This document shows positions 29,140 to 43,314 of a stretch of 64,000 bases of DNA, piece by piece. The DNA lies in assembly GCF_026571515.1 (NCBI RefSeq), contig NW_026855421.1, positions 1-64,000 on the forward strand, read 5' to 3'. Numbering within the stretch: position 1 is the stretch's first letter; each line of letters starts with the position of its first letter. Source of the stretch: Ruditapes philippinarum (Eukaryota). The translations under genes and the position numbers were made by a program. The notes below the pieces were generated by a model. It saw nothing but the letters and a program-made list of their open reading frames with translations. It was not told where the DNA came from and made no database searches.

Positions 29140-31400
29140 ACTGCAATCCTTTTATTTAACTGCATGACCTTTAGTAATTAAGACACGTCATCACTTTACA
29201 TCGATTAAATTCAATCATTAATGTCATATCCTTGTACGAATATTGCATTTAAATTCAATAATCATTATTATAATTGTATCTTCATTTGCAATCCATCAGA
29301 AATTCTGTCAGAATGTTTATACAGATGAAAAAACGAAAGACAAAAACATGATGAAAGGTGTTCAAAGTAAAATCTTAAATATGGATGACATTGTGTTTAA
29401 AAGAGGCAGGTAATGAAACAGACTTTCAAACAAGAAATGTTAAGTATAACTGCTATTTTGATCACAACAAGGTTTGGTTATACGCATATTTTCCGGATAG
29501 TTCCCGGAAGCAGGCGTTAAGATTGGTATTAATCGTCTTCCATCATCCATCAAAATAAAGCTTATATTTAACTGGAACAATGTTTGTTTATAGCCTTTAT
29601 TTCTGTTATTCCTATTTTATTGATAAGTAACACAACGCCTCCCTTTTCGAATATAGGGATACAAAAGGCAATTGTAAACATTAGATATTAAAACAATTTC
29701 CTAACATTAATTTTGATCATTTTGGAGATAATCTTTGCTAGCTACGACAAGTATATGAATAATATATGAAGTGGTGAAATATTGTATTGCCGGTATTGAT
29801 ATTAAAACAATTTAATTTCAAGATATAATCACTCTGCCTAAATGCCAAACACTTAAGTGATGAAGTCGTCGTTTTTTCCATCCGTTTATAATCCGGGTAT
29901 TTGAGTGTTCGAGTGTTTTATTTTTCCTTTTTTTGCAGGTGTCAAATAATGTGTAACAGCTGTAACAAGCTGCCCAGTTCTGGACTTCAGTGCTATTATA
30001 CTCTTCTGGTCATTTGTAATCATTGATTCCAATAATTGTTGGAGATTGAATTAAGCCTATGGTAGATAAAGACAAGACGATGATCATTATTACATATAAA
30101 GGAAATATTTATATCATTGTTTTGAAAGTTTATAAAATCGCCACTTCTAAACATGTCAAATAAATGTTTATTGTTTCATGCTACGAACAAAAGTCACGGT
30201 ATACAAAGAATATTGTGATCAATATGTTTCTTCCATGACATTGTTGTAATAAATGTGAATGTACTGATATAGGATATACACTGTTATTACACGTAATATA
30301 TACCATCATCTCTTAGATAAGTACATTTAGGCTCCTTGGCTTTTTATTGTACAACAAATAACATGAAACTTCTTTTTCTTTCTTCCTTAATCGAACATTA
30401 ATATAAAATTTGATTTTGCTACTTTTAACGATTTCTTTTACTGTAACTGTTCTTAAATCAATAGTGTTTTTCAGCTAAGTTATGTTATACAAGTCTTAAA
30501 AAAATCTTGCTATGTTTAGTATTTCTCTCAGACTGGGGCCTCATTCAATGTAGATTCCAAGTAACTGATTTGATCATAGGAGAAAATAAATTTTGAATTC
30601 AAGTCTTAATCTTTACCTCAATACTGTCTTGCTTCTAACGAATGAATATCAATGGATATTTTGATATTTGAACTATTTTAACATATGGGCGTGATATATA
30701 ACAGCTGACCGTTTATCGTCGCCATCCGCGTACTGTCGTGGTATTTATGGAACGCTGAACATGAAGTTAACGTTTAGCGATACTCAATAACAAATTATGT
30801 CAATCTGCATAAGCAATAGTTCCCTAACGTGAGTTAGATTGACAGTTGTCAATTTATCACCAATTATCACCAGATTAACAGACCCGTACATAATTCACTG
30901 ACAATTATATGTTAAAAATGACAATAGTGTACATATCTTGCATGTTAGATGTATATTTCTTAGGATAGAAAAATCCATACAAAGTACTACAAATAGAGGT
31001 TCTGGAAAATATAATCTCATATCGACTTATCACACACTATACCCTTCGTTACGTTTTCCTACATATGCGTAATAACGTTTATGTTTTGAAGATACAAATA
31101 GCTAATGGGATTATTTTCTGTTTGTTTACATCAATTAAAAACAAAACATTTCGTTGAGTTATGTTTTAACACTTATGCTGACACTTAGCGTGGAAAACAT
31201 AATTATGACGTCGTTTCTTGATTAACGTATTTTATTTTGAATTTATAACAACTGTATATTTGGTGGACAGAATCTTAACTTGGAAAAATAAGTAACTGAA
31301 GGTAGAGCAAAAGATATCCGACAAAATATTTCTTTTTTCCTTGTTTCATTTTCTATTTATTTTTTCTTCTTTTGTTGTTGTTGGTTTTTGAATCCTTAGG
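29140..31400 (+). repeat. Duplicated unit B, copy 2
   Basis: Colinear with 25775-28450. Confidence 0.9.
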
Positions 31401-31504
31401 CAATTATAAAACATGTTGAATCGTTTCTAAATAAAACAAATATAATTTATATCTACTGAAAGTTATAAGACAAACAAAATTGTTCATGAAATTTGTTTAG
31501 GAAA

Positions 31505-31912
31505 TAATATATCCCAAACAGTGATTTTATCGCTCAATAACATCACTGCTTGGAGTTCGGATGCGAGGAATTATATCACGAGGGCGTAGCCCGAGTGATA
31601 TAATGATGCACATCCGAACGACAAACAGTGATGTTATCAAGCGATAAAATCACCGATTTTGATATATTATTTCGATTCTAACACGACATCAACAAATAAA
31701 TGTTGCCGTAACTGATAATAAGCTAAAATACACCTGATTTGTTTCCGTACTTATTTTCAGCACGTCGCATTTTTAGTGGTTACATCACATGTTTATAATG
31801 ATTTCGTCACAAATCTAAATATAGAACGTCAACAGTGATTTTGTTGCATAGTAACACACACTTTCGGTTCTTCTATGTTCAAAAGGGAAAAATGTCGATC
31901 ATGTTAGAATAA
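31505..31912. mobile_element. Non-autonomous element with long internal palindrome (Crypton-like)
   Basis: 31507-31670 folds back around GAGGGCGTAGCCCGAG; ATTCTAACAC near 31675 is inverted as TGTTAGAAT near 31902; not seen at paralogous sites. Confidence 0.65.
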
Positions 31913-33009
31913 TGTATATCCGAGTATACTACACGCACTACATCTCAGTTTGTGATGTCATACATATTGTGCAAATACTTACACAAGTACTTTTGAAAAA
32001 ACAATGCAATTTCTCTTCTAACGGTATATTTTAAATGAGATGAGGATTCTGTAATAACAAAAGCCCGCAACAGAACATCGGTTCCTACCCCTTTAAGTAT
32101 TTCTTTTGGAAATTATAGCCTCTGCAATAATGATAGGCGCTGAAAAATTATTTGTTTCCATAAATGGAAAAATAATTGACAATCTATATAACAAGAAAAC
32201 ATAATTTATTCCAATGTCAAACTAACCTTATTAATTTCTAAAAATTCACATGATGTTTTGATAAATAACGTTATCGAATACAACACACATTTCACGCAAT
32301 TATTCAAATATTGCATGACTTTGTAATTAGGTATTTAAGAGTTTACATCTAAGAAATCCAAATCCAATGTGTAATTATTGGCAAAAAGAAAACATGAAAG
32401 AGACTTCAATCAAAACCGATGTGTTTTATATTTAAACTCTATGTGAGACTATGCGTGCATGCGTGTATGTTTATGGATTGTTTGTGATAAAGTATGATGA
32501 TTTATATTACCTTTTAATTTCGTACAATGGTAATATCTGTCGTTCATAACAATCTTTTATCGTGATATTTAAAGTCTCTTTCAAATGAGAACTGTTTATC
32601 ATAATAAAGACTTTTGTCATAATTTTATACGTTGACAGTATAAAATGCTTCAGATCATTAATATTAGAAAATGGATAGGATAGGTAATAAACGTTTTATA
32701 ACAGAACAAGTTCCTTTTAAATGTATAACTTAAAAGCCGCAAACCATTCTATTAAAACGGTCTCAAAATACCATTTTAAATCATGGATCCCGTGACCCTG
32801 CCAGTCGTTGAAATAAAATATGGATAATAGTATTTTGGGATTTCTGTGTGATTTTACCTTCTTTCCACACAAATATATTGATACTTATAACTGTTATGTG
32901 AAGCATAAAGTTTAACATACAATGTTTTATGTTATTAAGACTATCAGTTAAGTGCAAAACTTAGCAAATTTAAACTTTGCTGATTTTATAAAAAGCTAGG
33001 AAAAAATCC

Positions 33010-36000
33010 TTAAATTGTTACTACAACGTCCTTGTGAGATTTATTGCTGAGATCAGTAAAGTCGTTAAATTATAATCAAGAAAGTCTGTTGACAAAACAT
33101 TAACATTTCATTTTTCTGTTTTTTTTTATCTTATGCTCTCAAGAAATGTAAACAAGAAATTAATTTATAACTATTCAAAATACACATTAATGTCGAATTA
33201 TTGTATGATTAATTCATTTTAATTAAAAAACTGGTATTATAATTGAATCTTATATTGCAATACATCAGAAATCATTTTAAGACTAATCATGCAACTCCAG
33301 TACTGAAAGGCAAATGTTTCTCTCCCACTATAAGATGTGTATTCTTTTGATTTTGCTGTTTTAGTTTGTTTTGTATTTACTGAAAGTAAAAACAGACAGT
33401 TTTTAAGATGCAGGGAGGGCTGTTCGCTTTGGAATCCTTAATATATTTCCTGACCAAATGGCAGACTATGTTCGATTTCACTGTTCCCATTTACCTTCTT
33501 CAGAAATATGTCAGCTGCATACAACATTACATACGTTTGCAACATGTAGTTGTTATTTTCATGCACAGGTGAAAAATGATAATGGACTTGTTGATTTTAA
33601 TATGAACCCGTAAATTACTTTAGAATATTGTTATAATCAGATTTGTTTTGATATTCAAATGATTATATATAAATTAAAGGCGATTATTTTAGGCGATTTT
33701 AGTGTTGTTGTCTGCATCATAATCCAAGGACGAGTCATACATACTAAAGTTAAGACAATTTTCCATATGCCACTAGTAACGGTTACTTCCAAATAAACTC
33801 GGACCAAAGATTGTTTTAAATCACCTTCCATTATATCACAAACAAGCTTAAAGATATCATTTCACACTGGATTTACTTAGTGAGTTAATCTTTGTATAGC
33901 AAGGTGCTTCGTCTTATTCCAATTGTGATAAATGGCACAAGATAGACACGGAAACATCCCAGATTTGGGCGACAGATATATAAATACAGATGTCATCATT
34001 AGATAGAATTTTCTTTAACTTAATTTGATAGTCGGAGAGATAATCTATGCAAGTAAGCAAGACAAGTTTATGAATAATTTAATACGTAGTGAAACAGAAT
34101 GTATCTTATTGCTACCGGTAATATAATTTCAAGACAAAATCAATTTGCAAAAATGCCAAATTATTTAGATATGTAATCATCTTGTTTCAAGTCTTTTAGA
34201 AAATTGTATATTTTTCTCTTAATTAAGAATCCTAACTTCCGTTCTATTGCTATGTGCATATTGTGTTTAAAGTATGTTCGTCATTTGTTCGTGCCTGAAA
34301 TAATATACGGATAAGAAACTGATGGCTTCCTCAACCAGTAAAGCTGGAAAGTGGTCATATAATCTTTCGAGTGCTTGTGTGGCGTTACATACAAGCAATA
34401 ACATGTTCGTAAATAGTACAAGTGTAATGTGTTTTTTTTTCTAAATTAGTAATGGTGTGTTTTGTATTCTTCCTCTTGAGATTTAACAAATTATCATAAT
34501 AAGCCAAAAAGATAGAAATAATTTGCACTCACGATTAAACTCTAGAATATATTTATTTGCTTCCATTAAATGTTCTCACATCAACGCAATGAGTCGCCTT
34601 TCTAATTGTCAGAATTAGTCATTGTTAACACATACTCGTAATTGTAATTCTCTTGCATTGTGCATGTACAAAAGCAATGTAATAACATAGAACCTTATTA
34701 TGATCATTGCACTTGGTGGATTTGTACTTGACTGGTATTTTTTTCTTTCTTTGTAGTAACATGGCATCTATGTACTCGATACTTAATAATTTGTATGATG
34801 ACTAAACTTTGTTCATGGTCAAGCGGTGTAGGCTCAGTTATGTTAAAACATGTCTTTTTAAAGTTAACAACAACAACCTAGATATTTTATAAAGTTTTAC
34901 CTACCTGTTTTTTCTTTAAAATCAGGATACTAGACATGATTGCAGTGTCGTAAAACAACACTTCGTTCCTTATGTGTTAATAATACACTGCATATAAAGA
35001 CGAAAGAGATAATATCTCCTCCTTATTGCCACAATTTTAGCATTTGTTTTTAATAAAACGAGTCATTAAATGTCATTTGTGCGCGGTTGCAATTTATTGA
35101 CAAATAGATTTTACATCGAATCTCTTCTGCTATAATTATTGGATATAGAGATAAGTTGTTGTCATTTTTTAATAATATTTCGTCACTGATGTTGTATTTT
35201 GAATAATAATGAAAGTACGCCGTAGTTTAAAGAAATGGAGGAAAATATATATCTAATGGTCCATTGGTACTGTCGTTTGATAACATCTGCGGATTAAACA
35301 GAATGTTATGGAAATATTTCGTATTCATTTTAAAACATATACATGTAGTACGTTTTAAAGTAGCTGCTATGTGGTGAGGAGTGTTAAATAATACACTACT
35401 GCTTTACATATTTCAATGAAACACAGACTTAATGCTGTAGATAGCAACATTGTAGGTATCTTGTATACATCAATGTTGTTACAATAAACGTACATTGTTA
35501 TACCAATACTGTGGTTTTTGGTCTTTTACGACAAACCGGTATGAAGGCTTTACCAGCCTACATTAATTTTTTCCACACCGGAACATATGTACGAGCATAA
35601 TGTTAGAATATTTATCAAATCTCCTTTGTTACTGACTTATATCTTGTGTCATTATTTTCCAACTTCATCATGTCTTCCAAATCGTATCGTGTTTCCTTGT
35701 ACGAAAAAATACATCTTTCTGGTTATTATTTGTCTTTCATGGTGGTGTTTGTTGCAAATGTCTGTCCATTGACATAGAAGATATGATAAATGTAATATCA
35801 TTTATAATAAGTGACAAATATATGTATAAATCATTATCTTTTAGATAAGAAATCAGGTTTTCTTGGCCTTTTGTTTCCGCATTATATCTTACTTTGTTGT
35901 GTCGCAATAAGACTAAAATGTTGTTAAATATGTTAACAAATATAATTATACATGAAATGTGTTTTTAACAGTATTGATTTTCTATAAAGTAAATGTTGCA

Positions 36001-36345
36001 AAGCCCAAAAAGTGTTGTGACAAGTAAACTGTCTTACATATTGGTGAGACAACATGACAGAGCAATTAGTCTTAAAATTTATTATTTGTCGTCATGTATT
36101 TGTGAAGCATTCTAGATGTTAAACAAAGATTGAAGATTTTGCGATGGAATACTTAATTACAAATTATGTAAATTTGCATGTGCAAATGTTCCCAATATAT
36201 CGTGAGTTCAATTGTCAGTTGTCAACTTATCACAGTTTATCACCGGAGGAGAATTCCCGTATATAATTGACTGTAAATGGTATGCTGGAACTGTGATAAG
36301 ATGATTGCCATGTACTTTAAATCTAAAGGCATGTTAGAGAGATAT
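33010..36345 (+). repeat. Older diverged paralog of unit B
   Basis: Retains anchors GATTTATTGCTGAGATCAGTAAAG, GGAGAGATAATCT..CAAGT, AATTTCAAGA, TTTATCACC in the same order; sister copy at 54270-57330. Confidence 0.75.
34286..34400 (+). mobile_element. Degraded SINE 3' fragment
   Basis: CTTCCTCAACCAGTAAAGCTGGAAAGTGGTCATAT...GTGTGGCGTTA resembles a bivalve SINE tail I recall; paralog at 55752-55862. Confidence 0.5.
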
Positions 36346-38522
36346 TTGGTAGGGCCAGATTCGAAATGATGTTGGTTTACACATTGATTAGACAGAGTGT
36401 AACACTATAATTAGCAAACTATGATTCAACATTCAAATACAAAACAATTACTTTTAATATCAGATTGCTATGGTCATATTTTCAAAGTGTTTGAACAGAA
36501 AATGTATTTGGTATTCAGTGCTTATGGCTGATATAACAAAGCAGAAAACTGCTATATCAAACTATTTATCTGAAATATTTATCTTAAATGATTATTATAT
36601 TAAAAAACTGTTAGTCAGTTTTTCATGTCTATTTTCAGTTTATCACTAATCATTTATAAAGAGATAATAAAAACAATATTTTAATTCTTGACACTACGGT
36701 TATCAATTTATTTACATAAAAAGCACAAGTAATCTGGCATTAATTCATTTCCACTTCCCTTCCGCGACATATTTACACATTATTCGGATATTTATCAAAA
36801 TACCTTACGCCTTTATATTGTGTTATTATAAAATCATCAAAACTCGTTATCTCCCGATAAAACATCACCACCATATCGTTTAACGAACCATAAATTAGGA
36901 TTGCTTCCCTGTTTGAAAGAATACTTATCTTCTAATCAATGTATATCATTCATGGAGTTGTTAATAAAAATAGTGAAGTTCATATAGCACGTGACAGATA
37001 TATGATTACGCAATAATATCGTTCTGAGCGGTGTTTATTTTCTATTTCACATCGAATTAAAGTTTACATATATAGGAAATTACCACGAAAAGCTGTTAGA
37101 CTGTTATTGTCGCATACTAATTACGAATCAATTAAATAGCTTGAGAGAAATGTGTTAAGCGTAATTTAATCGATCCATGTGGCAGATAAAAAACTTTCTC
37201 TGCAATTCAATTGAATAAAAGAAATATTAAAATAAGATATGCGCTTTATAATAAAAATATCAAGGCATGTGTTACGCAATACTTGACAAAGTATGCTATA
37301 TGTGATGTATATAAAAGAATCCAAATATCCGTGTTTTAAACCTTGTTAGATAATGCTGTCAATGACTGAGTTCAAAGATACATATGTACACTCAACAGAA
37401 AGAGTTACTTACTCTTATGATAAATCAGTAATTAGGACATGGAATCAAACTGAATCAATCTTAATCCTCCTTAAACACATTGCATTCTCACATAAACGGC
37501 AAATTCCTTGGAAGCTTTGTACTCAGTTTCCTTTTATCTGTTTTTTTCTTTTAAGTAATCGGTGATTTGAAGAGATACACTAGATGTTTAATATGGTTTA
37601 CAAAGTAAAAAGACATACACATATACACAGAGAAATGGGTATAGCAAGATTATTTCTTAATAACAGTGGTAAAAATGTTGAAAATGGTCGTTAACGTTTC
37701 CGCATCAAAAAGTAAACATTTCTCATGCTATGTAAATCTACTACTTACAAATGTCAACATCAAATATATCACAACCATTATCTCTGAAATCGAGAAAATA
37801 AGAATCACACATTCACATTCATTGTTATCTTATAATGGTTAAATAAAATAAAAAGGAATTAAAAAAAAATACCGAAAATTGTTCAGTACGTATATAATCA
37901 GTTTTATAAATAAGAATGAAAGAAAGTTTTGACGTCAGTAAAAAAATTAAATACACAAATGGTTTGGCATAAAGTGCACGTTTAAATAAATTCGGATGAA
38001 CTTGATGAAAACTAATATTGAGCCATTTGATTTAAGGGAGAAACAAATGTAAAAGAAAGAAACATTTGTCTTTCATTGTTCTGCTATATTTAATGTGATA
38101 TTATGCCCATCAAAGTGTTAATGGTTAATGCCAAGGTAAAACCCGAAATTTAGGTTTTGTTATAATTGCATTCGATATTATATTTCACTATCCACATTGC
38201 ACTTTAAATATCGATCTAGATGTATCGGCAAGTTAGTTTTGTTTAAAACCTGAAAACTTTTCTTTATCAATTATTGGTCAATTATCTTTTGAAATATATT
38301 GCTAATTTAGTTTAATTAAGGCAAACAGCATAAAGAAATGTAACTTTAATGGCGATTGTTATAATAGGATAATGCATAGTAAAATATGATGTGTTTATAG
38401 TTAGTCTATGATATATAATCAGTCAATAAAAACTTACTTGTTTGTGATAATAAAAGTCATACATTATGTTCTCTAGATCAGGATCCTGGAGCTTGAATAT
38501 GTACTTCTTTGTGTTACTGACT

Positions 38523-38797
38523 TACAAAGGGGGATCAATATGTAATGCAATATAAAGTATATTTTCTGTTTTGTTTGGTTTGGTTTGGTATAAGGTGTAC
38601 CAACACATTTAGGTCATGTTGCGCCGGAACAGGAAACATGATTTTGGCAAACATCGGATGTTACAAACTTAAAACAACAACCACATCACCTGCTGGAGCT
38701 AAGAGATACTTAGGGGTTGAAATATAAAATTGTAACATATTTGCTCCTTTGTTAAATTTATTGACCATATTTCAGTACATATTGACCGTCTCTAGTA
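38523..38797. mobile_element. Mariner-derived internally deleted element (MITE)
   Basis: Imperfect TIR ...TCAATATGTAATGCAATA / TATTTCAGTACATATTGA...; its 3' part matches the 3' end of the mariner at 60047-60120. Confidence 0.7.
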
Positions 38798-39426
38798 TAC
38801 GCTTCGTTCAAACATAAACAGAAAATATACGAACAAGACATGAATTTCGCTTTTTCCCAAACTTTTGCAACATTGAAAATTTTTACAAACATTTTTTAAT
38901 CTGTTTTGTTTGTAAAAATTCCTGAGTAAATCTTTCCCAAAACGGGGTTTTAAAAGTGTGGGTTTGGGGGGGGAAAAACGATTTTCCCAAAAAATTTAAA
39001 TTTTAAAAACTAATGTGTCTTTTTAAAATAAATTGATAGAAAAACTTGTTTACTGAAAATTTACGTTTAGTGAAAAAATAAAAAAATCAGTATTACATTC
39101 TTGCCGTACCCTCCAAATTTACATAAAACAAATTTCCAACATGTTATACCGGTAATCGGCATATTTATCAAAAAGTCAGACGCGTTCATTCATGTGATGT
39201 TTTGACTTTATTTCCCATTATATTTTTCAATATCAAATATTCAGAAGGTTTTATAGTTTATTTATTTCCCAAAAGGAGGAAATTACTGAATATAATATAT
39301 TTGCGAAATTTAAATTTTAAATAAACGCTTTTATCACGCTGCTTATGCAAAAGATTTTGCTATTTGACAGATGCTGTTCTGACAAAACAATTGCTATATT
39401 ATCGAAAACTTACTCGTAAAAATGAA

Positions 39427-39560
39427 GCTTGCATAAGACTACGTTTTTCTTCTATTAAATTTATAGCTTGCACTAGACGACGTATTTATAGTTTGCACGA
39501 GAAGAAGCTTTCCTTCTGTTAGATTTAGAGCATGAACGAGACGACGTTAGTTTCGTAGAT
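39427..39560. repeat. Degenerate 38-bp tandem repeat
   Basis: Variants of TTTTCTTCTGTTAGATTTATAGCTTGCACTAGACGACG; paralog of 60779-60960. Confidence 0.75.
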
Positions 39561-39612
39561 ATATTCTGAATGATGTATTCTGCAGTGAATTATCCTGAAA
39601 TCCTGTCTACGG

Positions 39613-39869
39613 TTATTCACACTGTACCTCTGCTCTAGCATGTACAAATGTTATCAGTTTCTTGCAAACGTGAAGACAGCTAGTAGTGGTGAACATACTG
39701 ACAGCCTGTCCAAAAACGATGATTTTTGCTCTAGCAAATTCAAATTGACTTATTGTGGAGTGGAAACGATCACCACCAACATCTCCAGTACTACTATTGA
39801 ATGATAGAGAGTAGATGTTGTATATATTCACTTCTTTCCTACTTCGTTTGATTGTATTGAACAGAAAAT
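39613..39869 (-). other. Candidate exon with open frame (unknown product), copy I
   Basis: Acceptor-like TTTTTGTAG, then a frame open to TAA (...FHSTISQFEFARAK...CLHVCKKLITFVHARAEVQCE*); most of the frame is shared with 61019-61298. Confidence 0.25.
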
Positions 39870-39939
39870 CTACAAAAACATATCAGTAACCAGTCATCGG
39901 TCGACTACTGTAATGATAGTATTTGACATTGTTAGAGTA

Positions 39940-40070
39940 TAACCAAGTCGTTGTTTCTGTGAGGAAGCAGCTTAAAACGCATTGCTTTGTACTGGACGGT
40001 TCTAAGAACGGATGCGAAAGCATTTCAATAAGCTTATAGCTTCAACACAAACGAACTAAAACAAAATCGT
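39940..40070 (+). mobile_element. Degraded SINE fragment
   Basis: CTGGACGGTTCTAAGAACGGAT...TTTCAATAAGCTTATAGCTT...CGAACTAAAA resembles a recalled mollusc SINE 3' end; paralog at 61520-61615. Confidence 0.45.
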
Positions 40071-42066
40071 ATTTACTAAATTTAAGCTTCGGGTCGAAAT
40101 CTTATTTCGTTTGGAAGAGCTTTGTTTCAAAACTTGTTCATTTGCATAATTTAGAGCTTCATGTAGGACAGTATATCTCCTATCTTACATAGTCAAAAGA
40201 AATATATAGCACATACTCCAATGAATTATCATATTATAACGTAAGAAAACTATCCGGGAGAAGAGTTTGCTCGTATAATTTAATATAGTTTTAAAACTGG
40301 GTGTTTCCCTTGATTTTCTAAAGACAGAAAGCATAATAAGTTATAGGCAATATAGTTTATGAATAATATATAAGGCTTTCTGTATGCTGTAATTACCATT
40401 TTATTATATGCAAGAAACTACGAGGCTTATGTAAGGCGCTTGAACAATTGATCTGAAAGTACAAACACTCACACAAAACGTATTGCGAAACGCAAGTTTA
40501 ACAATATATCAAAAAGATAATAATTATTTACAAAATGATTGTACAATAATTGTTCTAAGGACACATGCATTCAGCTTCATTACTTTGTAAAAACACAAGA
40601 GAGCACCGCAGACAGGGCAGGGTTTATCCTAATTATGTTTTGACTGGAAGGTCGGTTATAAAAAGAGTGATTATCTTTTGAAAATTCAAATTTAATAAAC
40701 AAAAATGTAGCTATGGCGGATTTGGTTCAATATTAAAATGAAATTTTCAAGGAATAAAGTGTTTAAACAAAACGGCAATAACGCAATATCTTGATGCGTA
40801 CTTAATTCAGGAGATCAGGTCTTAGTAAAGGTCATTTAGGACCACCACTCGCAGACACAAGATGTAAGAAACAAAATAGATGAACACTGCCAATGATACA
40901 ATTTTGTACGATCAAACATTCTTTGTTAAATACTGGCATAAGAGATTATTTCCTGTTTCGATAGGCACTTCGTTCACATAATTGATTACAATTAACTAAC
41001 TGTTAAATATAGTTAATTAAGTGTCACAAATGTTTAATTAACGAGTGATCCCTCCATTTAAAATGATCAAACAATGGTTTTTATATTCCATGTCGAAAGA
41101 ACAGAATTTTATCTGCTAGCTAATTGATACAATCGGACTGAATTATAAAATATCACTTTGTCTGCGTTTATATAATTGATTGTGTAAAACAAAACATAAT
41201 CCGAGAAGGAAGTTCTGTGCATTTGCGCATTTCAGATGAGACACAACTATTTATTCTTTAAATTTTCTTTCACAATTTTTTTTCTTCAAATTGATTAGAG
41301 AAGTGCATAACAGCATTTTTTCACTATACGAAGTCCTACACATTGCTCCACAAGACTCTATGTCTAGATTCATATTTAAACCTTTAATACAGTAACACAT
41401 ATACATGTACCTATTAATTGTTTACCTTATCATGTTCGAGCTTGTTGTGTGTAAAAACAATTAACGTGTTATATTTAGATTTCAAATTTCAGTTTTAAAA
41501 AATGAGACCGTTAAAATTCAATTTAATAGTTGTAACCCAAAGATTTAATTTTGAAAAGATCTAAATAAATAAATAATATTCGTACTTGATGATGTTTTCT
41601 TTCTTATATGATTTTGTTTACAAAATAATTACGAAAATCGTGGTTAAAATTCGGTGACCATAAAGTCAGTTGCGGTTATTTTATGTTAATAGAAAGTGAC
41701 CTATTTTTCATATTAAAACAAATAAACTGTACCATTAGTAACAAATCAAGGTGTTTATTTTCGTATGTCATTCCAATGTACTAACCAAACATGTATAATA
41801 AACGATTGCACTTGTTTAAACAAAGTCATATACACTTTTTATAATGTCATTGAAAAATAGTTTTTCACTTAACGGAATTACATATATAGTAAACAATATT
41901 TTTTTATAACTAAACTTAGTTACAAGGAAAAGATATGCTTTCCGATCTGTTATCAAGATATTAAGATAAACGTTGTCATTAAATTACAGATACAATATGA
42001 AAAATTACTTATATCACATTATTTAATAAGAGCTTTTTAGGTTTATAATTATTATTATAATTATTA

Positions 42067-42077
<11 letters not shown>

Positions 42078-42122
<45 letters not shown>
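42078..42122. repeat. (ATT)n microsatellite
   Basis: About 15 tandem ATT units. Confidence 0.95.
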
Positions 42123-42123
<1 letters not shown>

Positions 42124-43314
42124 TGACTGGTTTAGAACAATGAAATGTTTTGCATCACTGAAGTTGTCAATTAGTGCATTCATTTCAAAAGATTAAACTT
42201 TAAATAATGACATTGCCTCTGTGTGATTTATTGCAAGGAATATTGAAGTCGTTCAATTTTAATCAAGAAAGCCAATTGACAAACAATCACTATGAACTGT
42301 TTTCTTTTAATTTCGTGCTTTATGGGAATTGGAACAAAACATGAATTGTTCATCAATTTAATACTTTTTTTAATTTTCAGGTGATTACATTCTAATACCT
42401 ATTAATCTTGATATAGTTCTCTTTGATTCGTAGCACGTGTGAGAAACAAAATATAACTGACTTTGCTTCAACAAAGACAGGTTCCAGTAGCAGGTTATTA
42501 CACCTTTCTTAACGTATACTGATATCTGCAAATGCAGGTTGATATTTTTAATCCTCCAAAGGCGAGATATTTTATGTCTTGGGGCAATTCCTGCATAAAG
42601 TATACGTCTTATCGGTAATTCGGTGTTTCAACTGAATTAGAATTATAGTTTTGTGCAAGGATAGTCCTCGTCCTGTGGGCTCAGGCTTTAAGTACGTCCT
42701 CTCGAGCTTCTGCAGATGTTAATGTATGTAATGAACGAGTATGGGGCATAAACCTTCTATTTATGTACAGATTAGAACTTGATTGTGTAATGTTTGTATT
42801 CTAAATTATCGTAAAGTATTTTGGTTTATTTTAGTTCAATGTGATTTTCGAAACAACAAATTATGGTTATGAGCCACTTAGATAGAGTAATTACTTGATT
42901 TTTTTGTAGTTAAACCATTTTGTTAGATATAATTTCCAGAATGTTTCCATCTTTTAAGGCAACAATGCAGCGGAAGCAGAACAAGAGATACCATCCACGA
43001 AACTGGACAAAATCGCGGTCCGGCGAAATAAAACCCCTCAGGTTTGTATTTTGAAAGATTTACTTTAATATGCAGCAGAGTAAATCTAAATTCTCATTGT
43101 ATTGACACAAATTGACATCAGCTTGATTTTAAAACGACATACGAAATGCTGTTTTAATTTTATTTAAGATAACCGATTGCCAACAATGATTATTGTAGAT
43201 GTCAGGCTCTCGGTAAATATTTTAGACGAAGTATCATGCAATTATGGTAAAAAGAGATACTAGTGTTTCTTTCAAACCTGTCCACTTTTGTAATTTTCTA
43301 TGGCTGAAATAGAA

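Noticed and set aside
36228-36250. miR-2 family gene (TATCACAG seed)
   Set aside because: Only the seed matches, it lies on the 5' arm whereas miR-2 matures from the 3' arm, and the paralog reads CATCACAG
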